DNA from: Hypanus sabinus
Taxonomy: Eukaryota
Assembly (NCBI RefSeq): GCF_030144855.1
Contig: NC_082719.1
Span: forward strand, 28,024,001 to 28,088,000
Length of the DNA stretch: 64,000 nt
Direction of reading: 5' to 3'
A program made the position numbers and the translations under genes. Of the stretch, positions 1-11,204 are shown piece by piece (positions within the stretch are counted from its first letter, which is position 1; every line of letters starts with the position of its first letter). The notes beneath the pieces were generated by a model. The model worked only from the letters and a program-made list of their open reading frames with translations. It was not told where the DNA came from and searched no databases.

Positions 1-64
1 CAATGAGAGTGACACAGGACTAGGTACCGTTGAGCTATACAATCTGAAAACTAACAAGAATCAA

Positions 65-197
65 GCAAACACGAGGAAATCTGCAGATGCTGGAAATTCA
101 AGCAACACACACAAAATGCTGGTGGAACACAGCAGGCCAGGCAGCATCTATAGGAAGAAGCACTGTTGATGCTTCAGGCCGAGACCCTTTGGCAGGA
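65..197 (-). mobile_element. Penelope-like element terminal-repeat fragment with decayed hammerhead motif, nested in Gypsy element
   Basis: ctgcagatgctgg...cacacacaaaatgctgg...ggcagcatcta repeat recurs more than 10 times in the window; minus strand reads CTGCCAA-AGGGTCTCGGCCT-GAAG. Confidence 0.75.
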
Positions 198-199
198 AT

Positions 200-3100
200 C
201 AAGCAATATGGTTTACATCAGAAGTGAAAGGCAAATTAATTGAAATAGAACAGGTCACTGGCCTAGCTGTTTCAGTCATTCCACAAAGTGAATTTCAATG
301 GTGTTTCATTAACACTGAACTGAAGCTTGAAGATATCCAACTAAAGACTCAAACTGGAAAAAATAACTCCTTTGGGAATGACATTTGTAACAGTAAAATA
401 CAACAACCAACAAGCCACATTGGGGTTGTATGTGGTTAAAACAGGAGGGCCAGCATCTTGGGGCCGTGACTGGCTGAGACAACTACAAATTGATTGGATA
501 GCCATCAACTATTTGCATACCACATTCCCTGCAATGGAGTCAACTGAATGTAAATTAAAAACAGTGCTGGAAGAAACCGTAGCTGTATTCAGCAACAGCA
601 TTGGAAAACTCAAACATATCCAGGGTAAAATAGTGCTAAATTAAAATGTCATACCTAAGTTTTGCAAAGTTTGTCCTGTTCCCATATCATCCATGATAAA
701 GATAGCAAGTGAATTAGATGGGATGGAGGCTGAAGGAATTCTTTCCAAGGTTGAGTGGAACCCATGATAATGCCAGCGCTCCTCGTAACCGAGAAGAATG
801 GGTCTGTCAGGAACTGTGGTGATTTTAAGGTCACCATCAACCCAGTACTGAATGTAGATCAGTAGCTCTGACCAGGATAGAGGATTTCTTCGACCTTCAC
901 TAACTGAGGCCTACCTACAGGTGGAGATGGATGAAGAGTCCAAAGTGTTTCTTGCCATAAGCACTTTCAAAGGGCTTTATTGATTTTATAGGCTTATAGT
1001 AGCAACTACAGCAGCACTATGGCAGAAAGTTATGGACCTGGTGCAGTCAGTGTTACATGGATAACATCAGTATTACCAGAAAGGATGACAAGAAACCCCT
1101 CCAATATCTTAAAACCGTGTGAAAAAGATTAGAAGATTATGGGCTCAGGGCATGATGTGACAAGCATGAATTCTTTAAACCAAGCATCACTTACTGTGAT
1201 TGCACCATTGAAGCATAAGATTTACACGAGTGTGCTGAGAAAATTCAAGCAGTGGTGGATGCCGCAAGACCAAGGAGCATGTCACAGTTGTGATCCTTTC
1301 CAGGATTTGTCAATTACTTTAACAGGTTCCTGCCAAACCAGGCTATTGTGCTCCACCCCTTAAATTCACTACTACGACTGGGAAGAAATGGTAATGGACA
1401 AAGCAGTGGTGCTGTCAGACATTGCACTCCCACATTATGATCCACATCATCCAGTGAAGCCTACCTTGTGGTCTAGGTGCAGTCATACCACATGTTTTGA
1501 GTGATGGAAGAGATCACCCTGCAGCCTTTGTATCACATTCCCTGACCACTGCAAAGAAAAATTATGTACAAATTGACAGGGAGACATTGAGTCTGTTTTG
1601 GGGTATAGACCATTTCAACCAGTACTTGTACGGGAGACAAATTACCGTCATTACTGTCTGTACCCACTAGTGTCCATTTTCAACCCACAGAGGGTGTTCC
1701 ACTAACAGAAGCAGCATGAATGTTGAAGTGGGTTCTGTTTCTTGGAGGATACAATTACAAATTCAAAAGGACAATTAATCACAGAAATGCTGATGGATTT
1801 CCTATTTACCTTTGGAGAAGGAAAACATGAAAAATTTACTAAAGAGAGTATTCCTCTCAATATAATCTACCTAATGCAAATTGCAAATGTCTTTATTATG
1901 GCAGAGATAATCAAAATCGAAAACAGAAAAGATCCCACACTGTCTGAGGTCTACATGGTGACCCAAAATGGCTGGAATGGACAGCAGAAACTCCAATTCC
2001 TTCATTTTTACCAGTGTCAGTTTGATGGGAGGGTTGCCTTATGTGGGAATAGAGGGTTGTTGAGTGTTGGAGCTACTTGCCGGTCATCTAGGCATGGTCA
2101 AAATGAAAGTGTTGGCTCACAGCTTTGTCTGTATAGATCAGTAGATCGAGCATCTTGCCATGCGCTATGTGGGATGCTAACACGCCCAGAAGATGCCAAG
2201 ACCAGCACTTCTCCATCCCTGGGAATGGTTTACAATGCCCTGGCAGAGGATTCATGGGGATTTTGTCAGATCATTCATGGGCACAGATTTCTTGGTGGTA
2301 TTGGATGCAGATACAACATGGCCAGAAGTGCTCCCAGTAACTTTCACGACAGCCTTGCTTACTGCTGTTGTGTTGAGAAGCCCTTCTCAAGGACCGGTGT
2401 TGAAGATCACTTAGCGGTGGCTATGGACTACAGTTTGTTGTGGAACAGTTTCAGACATTCCCAAAAATGAAATGAATAAGACATGTTACATTTACACTGT
2501 ACCACCCAAATAGCGTGGTCCGGAGTCGAAAGAACGCAATGTCTGCCGAACACAGTACGCTGACACTGAATCTGAGCTCTCCAATTTCCTTCTTGCTTTT
2601 CACAATGCAGCACACACGACAACCAACAACTCACCAGCCACGCTGTTCCTAGGTCACCCCTTGTGCTTTTCCTTGGATCTTCTCAAACCCAATCTCAGAA
2701 GGAGAAAGCAAGACGAAGAGCTGAGACAAATAAAGGGGTTTTCAAACAAGGAGGTTTCTCCCCTGGGCAAGAAATGCCGGCGAGTGATTACAGAGGTGAC
2801 CAAGAGTGGGCATTTAGAAAGATTAAGGACAGAACTGGACCACTCTCTGACACAATGGAGATTGTGACTGAGATCAACTGGAGATGACACATCGATCAGT
2901 TGAAGAGAGTGGAGTCAATTGTTAGAGAAAAAGAGTGCAAGATTCAGGTTCCATTTATTGTCATTTAAAAACCACAAATGCAATGCAGTTAAAAAATGAG
3001 ATAATGTTCCTCTAGAATGATATCAACAAAGCACATGACAAAATAGACTACACCAGAAAATCCATGTAACGTTTAGCAATCCACAATCCACAGTCTGGAG

Positions 3101-3560
3101 AGGCTGCTGCGTGTTAATATCGCGCTACAGTCTTAGCGCATTCCCCGGAAAGGGGCTCCAAATCCACCAGACAAAACAAGACCAAAAACTAAAGCTACAA
3201 GACCTGCACAAAACCACATAGTTACAACAGTACAAACAATACCATAATTTGATAAAAAACAAACCATGGGCACAGTAAAAATAGTCCAAAGATGTTAAAA
3301 GACTATAAGTTCGAAGGAAACCACCACACAGTTTCCACAAGTCCTCAGGGTCCTGATAGACTCATCATCTCACGTAGGCAGCAGAAGGGAATACTGTCAG
3401 AAGCACTTCCTGTAGTCCCAGAGTCAACACCTACAATTACCACAGAGGAAGCCACAAGTCTTTCCTGCCAAGCACAGTGATCCCCTTGTCAGGAAAGACG
3501 CTATCCTACAAGACTATGAAATCCTCTACAGAGATTAAATCTTTAGGCATGAACGGGATG
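200..3560 (+). mobile_element. Degenerate Ty3/Gypsy LTR retrotransposon pol (protease-RT-RNaseH-integrase)
   Basis: ORF fragments with WGRDWL (protease end), CGDFKVTINPVL (RT) and PWQRIHGDF...LVVLDADTTWPEV (integrase); many stops and frameshifts. Confidence 0.88.
2940..3385 (-). mobile_element. LINE/SINE 3' tail fragment inserted in the Gypsy element
   Basis: gattcaggttccatttattgtc is a reverse tail with AATAAA; it interrupts Gypsy sequence that resumes near 3390. Confidence 0.5.
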
Positions 3561-3824
3561 ATTTAAACTGTATTATGCTGTGGATGTGTGTACAGTATTT
3601 ACAGACAGACAAACAGACAGAAAACTAGTCAGAGCGGCTGTAATAGGCTGCATGCATGGCCAGCGCATGCGCACATGTATTATATTTGATAGCATACTAT
3701 GTATGAGCACAAACATAAATAAATAAAACAAACAGATCAATAAATATATATAAGACTAGACAGCAATGTATTATATAATTGAGTTGAGATATTGAGTTGG
3801 ATTCTATAAGTCAGCAGGGTAGAC

Positions 3825-4054
3825 TGTTGTGTATTTAATATGTCAGTAATACTTGAGTAATATTGTAAATATATTGTTTGATTAAGCACTCTTTGTTGCT
3901 TACATAATTTTTTGGAGTTATATGTAAAAGTACACGAATGGCATAAATCTGTCATAAGTGCACAACTCACTATAGTAAAGAACAAAGTCGTACATGAGTT
4001 ATCTCCAGCTCCATGTTTTTCTTTCAATCAGTTTTGAAGTTACAAAACAGAACA
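3825..4054 (+). repeat. Probable 3' LTR of the Gypsy element
   Basis: TGTT...AACA termini, preceded by a purine-rich stretch, downstream of integrase. Confidence 0.55.
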
Positions 4055-6229
4055 CTTACTACCATACCCTTCAAGTTAACCCTAAAGGAATCCTGAACTA
4101 GGACTTCCAAGTCCACTTGTACCTCTGATTTCTGAATTCACACCCCATTTAAAAATAGTATATACCTTTATTTTTCCTATACTCCCCTATTTCCCTAATC
4201 TCCATTCCACCTGGCACTTCTTGGCCAATATTGGTACCAATGACATAGGAAGGAAAAGCAAAGCGGTTCTGAAAAGAAAATTTAGAGAGCTAGGTAGAAA
4301 GCTGAGAAGCAGGACCTCCAGGGTAGTAATTTCTGGATTGCTACCTGTACCACGCGCCATTGAGGATAGAAACAGGATGATGTGGCAGATTAATAAGTGG
4401 CTGAGAAGTTACTGCAGGGGGCAGGGCTTCAGGTTCTTGGATCACTGGGATCTCTTCTGGGGAGGTATGACCTGTACAAAAGGGACAGGTTGCACCTGAA
4501 CCCAAGGGGGACCTACATTCTCATGGGCAGGTTTTTTAGAGCTGTTGGGGAGGTTTCAAACTAATTTGGCGGGGGGGGGGGTGTTGGGGTAAGAGCCGGA
4601 GTGACTCAGGATAGAACGGTTGGTAAAAAACAAAGATAGCGTGTAGTAAGTCTGTGAGGAAGGGCGGATAAATGATAGGACAAATTTGCTGTGAATGTCA
4701 GTGCATTAGGGATGCAGGATCAAAATAGGGAGCAAGTTGTTACAGTGTTATATCTCAATGCACGGAGTATAAGAAATAAGGAGAATGATCTTGATGCATT
4801 ATTATGGATTGTCAGGTATGACGTTGTGGCCATCACAAAATCATGGCTGAAGGATGATTGTAGTTGGGAGCTGAATGTCCAAGGTTACACATTGTATCAG
4901 AGGGAGAGGAAGATAGTTGGTGGGGGGGGGGGGGGGGGGCGTGGCTCTGCTGGTAAAGAATGGCATCAAATCAGTAGAAAGGTGGAAGATGTTGAATGCT
5001 TGTGGGCTGAGTTAAGAAACTACAAGGGTAAAAGGGCCCTGGTGGCAGTCATATACAGGCCTTTCAACAATAGCTGGGATGTGTATCCCTGATTACAATG
5101 GGAAACAGAAAAAGTGTGTCAAAAGGCAATGTTCTGATAATCATGGGAGAGTTCAACATGCAGGTCGATTGGGAAAATCAGGTTGGTAATGGGTCTGAAG
5201 AGAGTGAATTTGTTGAATGCCTCAGAGATGGCTTTTTAGAGCAGTTTGTCGTTGAGCCTACCAGGGGGATCAGCTATACTGGATTGGGTGTAATGTAATG
5301 AACCAGAGGTGATTAGGAAGTTTGAGGTCAAAGATCCCTTCAGAGACAGTGATCACAATATGACTGAGATCAACTTGAAACGATAGGGAGAAAGTAAAGT
5401 CTGAATAGCAGTATTTCAGTGAGGTAAAGAAATGACAGTGGTATGAGAGTGGAGCTAGCCAAAGTAAATTGGAAGGAGATGCTGACAGGGATGACAGCAG
5501 AGCAGCAACAGTGTGAGTTTCTGGAAAAAAATGAGGAAGGTGTAGGATAGATATATTCAAAAAACAAAGAAATACTCTAATGGCAAAGTGGTACAACCAT
5601 GGCTGACAAAGGAAGTCACAGCTAATATAAAAGCAAACGAGAGGGCATACAACAAAGCAAAAATTAGTGGGAAGACAGAAGATTGGGAAGCTTATAAAAA
5701 CTTACAGAGAGCAAAAGAATCATTGGAAGGGAAAAGATTAAATATGGAAGCAAGCTAGCAAACAATACCAAAGTGAATAATAGAAGATTTTTCAAGTTTG
5801 GAAAAATGAAAGAGAGATGAGAGTGGATATAGGACCGCTAGAAAATGAGGAGGGAGAAATAATATTGAAGGACAAGGAGAAGGCAGATGAACTAAATGGA
5901 GTATTTTGCATCAGTCTTCACTGATGACACCAGCAGTGTGCCAGATGTTGAAAGCTGTGAGGGAAGAGAAGCAAGTGCAGATACTATTTTAAGGGAGAAG
6001 ATGCTCAAAAAGCTGAAAGACCTATGGGTACATAAGTCACTCGGACGAGAGGAACTGCACCCTAGGGTTCTGAAAGAGGTAGCAGTAGAGGTTGTGGAGG
6101 CATTAGTAATGATCTTTCAAAAATTATTGAAGTCTGGCATGGTACCAGAGGACTGGAAAGTTGTAAATGTCACTCCACTCGTTAAGAAAGAAGGAAGGCA
6201 GCAGAAAGCAAGTTATAGACCAGTTAGCC

Positions 6230-7284
6230 GAGGGGTGGGCAAACTTTTTGACCTGTGGGCCACAAAGTGTTCTAAAATTTGACAGGGGGGCCGGACCAGG
6301 AGCAGATGGACGGAGTGTTTTGGTAATACACCACAAAAGAGAAAATAAAATATCATGGGATATGTAGAAAACATGTGCTTTAATTTCAATTGAAAATGAA
6401 CAAATGTATTACAACAAAATATCTGTCTTTGAAGTCCCATGGTATTTAGCTATTTATTGAAATGACTTTTAAAACACTGAAAATTAAATGAATAAAATAC
6501 AGCTTTTTTAATAGTAACAGTTATTATTTTAAAGCTCTGAAAATTCTGTTATCCTTCAAGATATTATCATCATCACTCTCCTCCTGACTGTCTTTATTTC
6601 AAAAACGGTAGGAGATAAAGGTCTACTTGTCCTGCTCCTTCTTATTGAATTGTCCCCTGTGCCAAAACTCAACAACGACCAGCACAAGGACAGACCAGTG
6701 ACAGCGCGCCAGTATGCGGAGCACGTTATTTGATCTGGAGCGCATTTTTTATTTTGAGAACATACGTGCACCTGCGCACTACTCATGTCCATCACTTAAC
6801 AGAAATGACATGTAACATGTAAGGCTTATTGAAAAAAATATTTTCAAATGCATTTTTTACATAACACAACGAAGAAACTTATTTTTAATTTCAGTGGGAA
6901 CAGTGTTGTTGGTCTCCCTTTTTAGCCAGCGCATCAAAGTCTGGATTTTGTTTTGTTGTGGCGATTCTCAGGATGGATCTGAGGTGTTGGTCAGTTAACT
7001 TGGATCTGTGGCTGGCTTTGTTGATGTTCATGACGCTGAACGCCTGTTCACACAAATAGGTCTGGCCGAACAAAGAGTAAAGCGCAAATGTGGAGTAATA
7101 CGCTGCACCTCAACAAAGGTCAATGTATATAAAGTGCATCATCTATTGGGAAAACGCCAGAATTGCGGGGAAAAAAACGTTAACAAGGTTTATTAATATA
7201 ATTTCATCAAGTCCTGCGGGCCGGATTAAAAAGCTTAACATATAAAAAGCATATGGCCCCCGGGCCGTAGTTTGCCCATGCCTG
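6230..7284 (-). mobile_element. Non-autonomous hAT (Charlie/Buster-type) DNA transposon retaining the transposase C-terminus
   Basis: Perfect 8-bp TSD agttagcc (6222-6229, 7285-7292); TIRs gaggggtgggcaaact / agtttgcccatgcctg; ORF 6891-7073(-) FGQTYLCEQAFSVMNINK..RSKLTDQHL is a hAT dimerisation domain. Confidence 0.93.
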
Positions 7285-7726
7285 AGTTAGCCTGACCTAG
7301 GTGGTTGGGAAGATTTTGGAGTCAATTGTTAAGGATGAGGTTATGGAGTACTTGGTGGCACAGGACAAGATAAGACAAAGTCAGCTTGGTTTCTTTCAGG
7401 GAAAATCTTGCCATCAAACTGTTGGAATTCTTTGAGGAGATTACAGGTAGGATAGGTAAAGGTGGATGTAGTATACTTGAACTTTCAGAAGGCCTTGGAC
7501 AAGGTGCCACATAGGAGGCTGCTTACCAAGAGCCCATGGTATTACTGGAAAGTTACCGGCATGGTTAGAGCACTGGCTGATTGGTAACAGGCAGCGAGTG
7601 GAAATAAAAAGATCCTTGTCTGGTTGGCTGCCAGTGACTAGTGGTGTTTTGCAGGGGTCAGTGTTGGGGCCACTTCTCTTTATGCTGTATATAAATGATT
7701 TAGAGGATGGAATAGATGGCTTCGTT

Positions 7727-8087
7727 ACTTTTACACGGATGTGGCAGGAAGAACGAACCCAGGTGCAGCACTCTGACATGGAGGCAGGATCAAGAGGCAG
7801 AATCTCCATAGCGAGCACAGAATTGAGACCAGACTGAGTCAGGACTAGGGAGGCTTGATTCATGGAGATACGGGATTGAAGACTTGGAGCAAGGTTCCTC
7901 TCTTTCTGAGAGTCAACCAACAATCTGGCAAGGGCTGACTGGAGCTGTCGGGGTCTTATCCTCCGGTGGCTAATGGAAACCAGGTGCTGGTGATTGGGAA
8001 AGATTGGGAATCAAGTGTGGGGATTAAGGACCAATTAGATTAGGGAGGAAAGGGAAAAGGTGGGAAATGCCAGCCAGGACCATGACA
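7727..8087. mobile_element. Probable solo LTR inserted in the CR1 RT
   Basis: CR1 sequence gatggcttcgtt|gccaagtttgcagatgat is split by about 360 bp bounded by TGT (7740) and ACA (8087). Confidence 0.55.
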
Positions 8088-8550
8088 GTTGCCAAGTTTG
8101 CAGATGATACAAAGATTGGTGGAGGGGCAGGTAGTGTTGAGGAAATGGGTAAGCTACAGAAGGACTAGGCAGATTCAGAGAATGGTCAAGAGAGTGCCAA
8201 ATGAATGCAATATTGGAAAATGCATGATCATACACTTTATGGAAATTGTTATCATGGACAGCTGTGGAGGTCAGGTTGCTGTGTGTGTTTAAGGCAGATC
8301 TTGACATCTTCGTGATTGGACTTGGCATCAAAGGTTACGGGGAGAAGGCCAGGGAGTGGGGCTGGGGAAGGCATAAAAAGATTAGCCGTGATTAAATGGT
8401 CTCATTCTGCTCCTATGTCCTATGGTATTATGGATTCCTTTTAACATGTTCTTCTGCAGGTTCTCTGCCTCCGCAATTCTACCTGTTCCTCAACTCATTT
8501 TGTATCGTTTACAAATTTGCCTCTGCCATAAGTTCCTTCCTTCAGATCAC

Positions 8551-8558
8551 TGACGTCA
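8551..8558. promoter_or_regulatory. Perfect CRE palindrome at the edge of the LAP3 CpG island
   Basis: TGACGTCA, 460 bp upstream of the LAP3 ATG. Confidence 0.5.
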
Positions 8559-8977
8559 GCTGGTCGTCGGGAGCGCTGTTCTGGGAGTCGAGAAGCCGCA
8601 GTAATAGCGTCGGCTGGTCGTCGGGAGCGCTGTTTGGGGAGTAGAGAAGCCGCGGTAATGTCGGCTGGTCGTCGGGGGCGCTGTTCGGGGAGTAGAGAAG
8701 CCGCGGTAATGTCGGCTGGTCGTCGGGAGCGCTGTTTGGGGAGTAGAGAAGCCGCGGTAATGTCGGCTGGTCGTCGGGAGCGGTGTTCGGGGAGGAGAGA
8801 AGCCGCGGTAATAGCGTCGGCTGGTCGTCAGGGGCGCTGTTCGGGGAGGAGAGAAGCCGCGGTAATAGCGTCGGCTGGTCGTCGGGGGCGCTGTTCGGGG
8901 AGTAGAGAAGCCGCGGTAATAGCGTCGGCTGGTCGTCGGGGGCGCTGTTCGGGGAGTAGAGAAGCCGCGGTGTCAGC
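8555..8977. repeat. CpG-rich minisatellite, 8 units of 51 or 54 bp, in the LAP3 promoter/5'UTR
   Basis: Unit gtcggctggtcgtcgggRgcgctgttYggggagtagagaagccgcggtaat[agc]; starts at 8555, 8609, 8660, 8711, 8762, 8816, 8870, 8924. Confidence 0.97.
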
Positions 8978-9009
8978 GTCACGACCATTCCCACGTTTGC
9001 CGTTTGAAG

Positions 9010-9111
9010 ATGTCGCTCGCTGGTTGCGGCAAGGTGCCGCTGCGCTTCCTCTTGAGGGCTGGTTCGGGCTGGAACTCGCTCCGTTTCTGCCGGTCCAATA
9101 GCGGCTCCAAG
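9010..9111 (+). CDS. LAP3: LAP3 coding exon 1 (mitochondrial transit-peptide-like)
   Basis: ATG in CpG island; MSLAGCGKVPLRFLLRAGSGWNSLRFCRSNSGSK is Arg/Ser/Leu-rich with no acidic residues; phase-0 donor AAG|gt fits exon 2. Confidence 0.8.
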
Positions 9112-10054
9112 GTGCAGTGAGCAAGGCGGGGCGACTCGGACTTCACCATGTGCTTCGGGTCAGAGAATGGGTGGGTCGTGGGGTCGTTAGTGTCTGACCG
9201 ATAGTTGGACCTTCTGGTGTCTCCCATTGACTCTGAAATCAATCCCCGCTCTTTCCTCAGAGCCTGGTAATTGTCTCTACAGAAGTGCAATAAATTCAGT
9301 TTCGAACGTCCACCTGAAGCACTCCTATCTCTCCCCTTCACTGCTTCCAGCAACACAGGATGGGACAGTTGTTCAGATAAAATGCTTAAATCTCCGGGAT
9401 TGTTTTGTAATGTTATTTAACACCGACAAAGTTCTTTAGGGAAAAAAATCTTAAGCTCTTGAGGCTGTGCTCTAATGGGTAAACCCTAAATTTTATCATT
9501 TCTGTGATATCTGGAATTGAAGCAGATTCTCAACTGTAGCCTAAACAATTTTCCCAAAGGATTTAGTACGATTTCTTTGGTGTTCTCTTTGCTGATAAAG
9601 CCAAGAATAGCATATGCCTTTTACAAGATCCTCAGTTTGTCTGGCAGCTTCAAAGACTACATCCCGCTGTGTTTGTTTTTGTAGCTTCAGCATTGTTATT
9701 GTTTTTCCTCGTTCTAACCAACAAGATGTAACATTTAATGCTTTTCGGCCTCGTGTCCTTACAATTATGTCTTGTTAAGTTCTATTAATATTTTGTTAAA
9801 ATGAACAATTGACAAGATATCAACCCATGTGCAATTTTGTAGGATTTTCTCCAGCCTGAAAGTCATCCTTACTTTCTCCTTCACTGCCTTAGCCAATTTG
9901 ATGTTCAAATTTTTTTTTTAATTGTAAGCACTTTAAATTTCCACTCAGTATTTTACGTGGGACTTGGTCAAGCACTTTTAAAAATACCTTTACACAATGA
10001 TCACACTACTTTTGTCATCCTTTTTTTTCCAATGATGTTCAGGCAAGATCAGCA

Positions 10055-10720
10055 TATAAACAGATGCTGGAGATTCAAACCAACGTCTAAAGTGCTGGAG
10101 AAACTCAGCAGGTCAGGCAGCATCTATAGAAATGAATAAACAGTTGACATTTTGGGTTGAGATCCTTCTTCAGGACTGAAAAGGAAGGGAACATATATCA
10201 GAATAAGAATTGGGAGAAGGTGATAGATGAAGCCAGGTGGGTGGGAAAAGAGAACTCTTATCACTTAAGCTGCCGGGAAGATGGGATGAGTGCGGCTGTA
10301 AAGGGAATAGAGCAGATGTGGGTGATAGCTACATCAATGGTGAAGGAAGGGAAACCCAGTTCTTTGAAGAAGGAGGACATCTCTGATGCTGTGGAAAGGA
10401 ATGGGAAAGGATGTGGTAGAGACAAAGAAACGGAGAAAAGGGACTTGCATTTTTACCAGAGATAAGTTAGGAAGAGGTATAGTCAAGATAATCATGGGAA
10501 TTGGTGGGTGTATAAAAGATGTCAGTTGATCGTTTATCTTCAGAGATTAAGAAAGGGGAGGGAGGAGTCAGAAATGGGCCAAGTGAATTGAAGGGCAGGG
10601 TGGAAGTGAGTGGTAAAGTTGATGAAATTGAGCTCAGCATGGGTGCATGAAAACAGCACCAATGCAGTCACTAATGTAGCAGAGGAAGAGTTGGGGGAGA
10701 TAAACACATGCTGCTCATAT
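10055..10720 (-). mobile_element. Penelope-like element fragments (RT region plus terminal repeat with hammerhead motif)
   Basis: FINFTTHFHPALQFTWPISDSSLPFL (PLE RT) in ORF 10540-10764(-); hammerhead-like motif at 10141-10178(-). Confidence 0.8.
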
Positions 10721-11049
10721 GCCAAGTAATTTTTTTGGATTACTGCTTGTGAAATGACCTCCACTGCTTCTCTGGCAATGATCTGTTGGTTTCAGATGTT
10801 CACAGGATTGGACTGTAGCAGACTTGTTCTGCCATTTATGATGCAGCTGAATCTTTTTGCATGTGGTTTTATCAAACCCATCCAAAAATTCTTTTGTTTG
10901 TAGCTTCAGCAGGAGTATTACCTGCAATGGTAAAGTCCATATTCTTGGCAATTTCTGGTTAACTTATTGTTTGTTTCCGATTGGATTTTATTAGTGGTTG
11001 CTTTATTCCTGGTTCTAATCTCTCCCAGAAGCAGAAGCATGTTTGTATC

Positions 11050-11200
11050 TACATCTGTAGAGAGGAATGGTCAATTGACTTTTCGGGCTGAGAACATCTT
11101 GGCCTGAAATGCTGACTTTTTATTCCATATTTGCAGCCTTGTCTCTGAAGGTCCTGCAGCATTTTGTGTATGTTGCTCTGGATTTTGCTGTATGTTGCTG
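11050..11200. mobile_element. Two Penelope terminal-repeat halves fused in inverted orientation
   Basis: Left half catctgtagagagg..ttttcgggctgaga (minus); right half tcttggcctgaaatgctgac..ccata..gcattttgtgt (plus). Confidence 0.55.
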
Positions 11201-11204
11201 GGTT

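Larger units (their letters stand above)
4220..8435 (+). mobile_element. Long degenerate CR1 LINE (ORF1 esterase; ORF2 APE endonuclease plus RT), interrupted by hAT and LTR insertions
   Basis: IGTNDIG...VVISGLLPVPR (SGNH esterase), YLNARSIRNK/VAITKSWL (APE), [40 protein letters not shown]; CR1-type 3' end attctgctcctatgtcctatggt. Confidence 0.92.

Noticed and set aside
1742-2470. 242-aa ORF as a host gene
   Set aside because: Frame-hopping remnant of Gypsy pol; integrase motifs continue in other frames
4568-4941. Poly-G runs as functional G-quadruplexes
   Set aside because: Homopolymer expansions inside a dead CR1; nothing supports function
6891-7073. Domesticated GTF2IRD2/ZBED-like exon
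   Set aside because: Lies inside a TIR- and TSD-bounded transposon nested in CR1, so it is a transposase remnant
8555-8977. CRISPR-like array
   Set aside because: Units are contiguous near-identical repeats with no unique spacers and no cas genes, in a vertebrate locus; it is a minisatellite
8542-8994. 150-aa minus-strand repeat protein (YSPNSAPDDQPTLPRLL)n
   Set aside because: Open only because unit lengths are multiples of 3; no recognisable domain and no true ATG support evident
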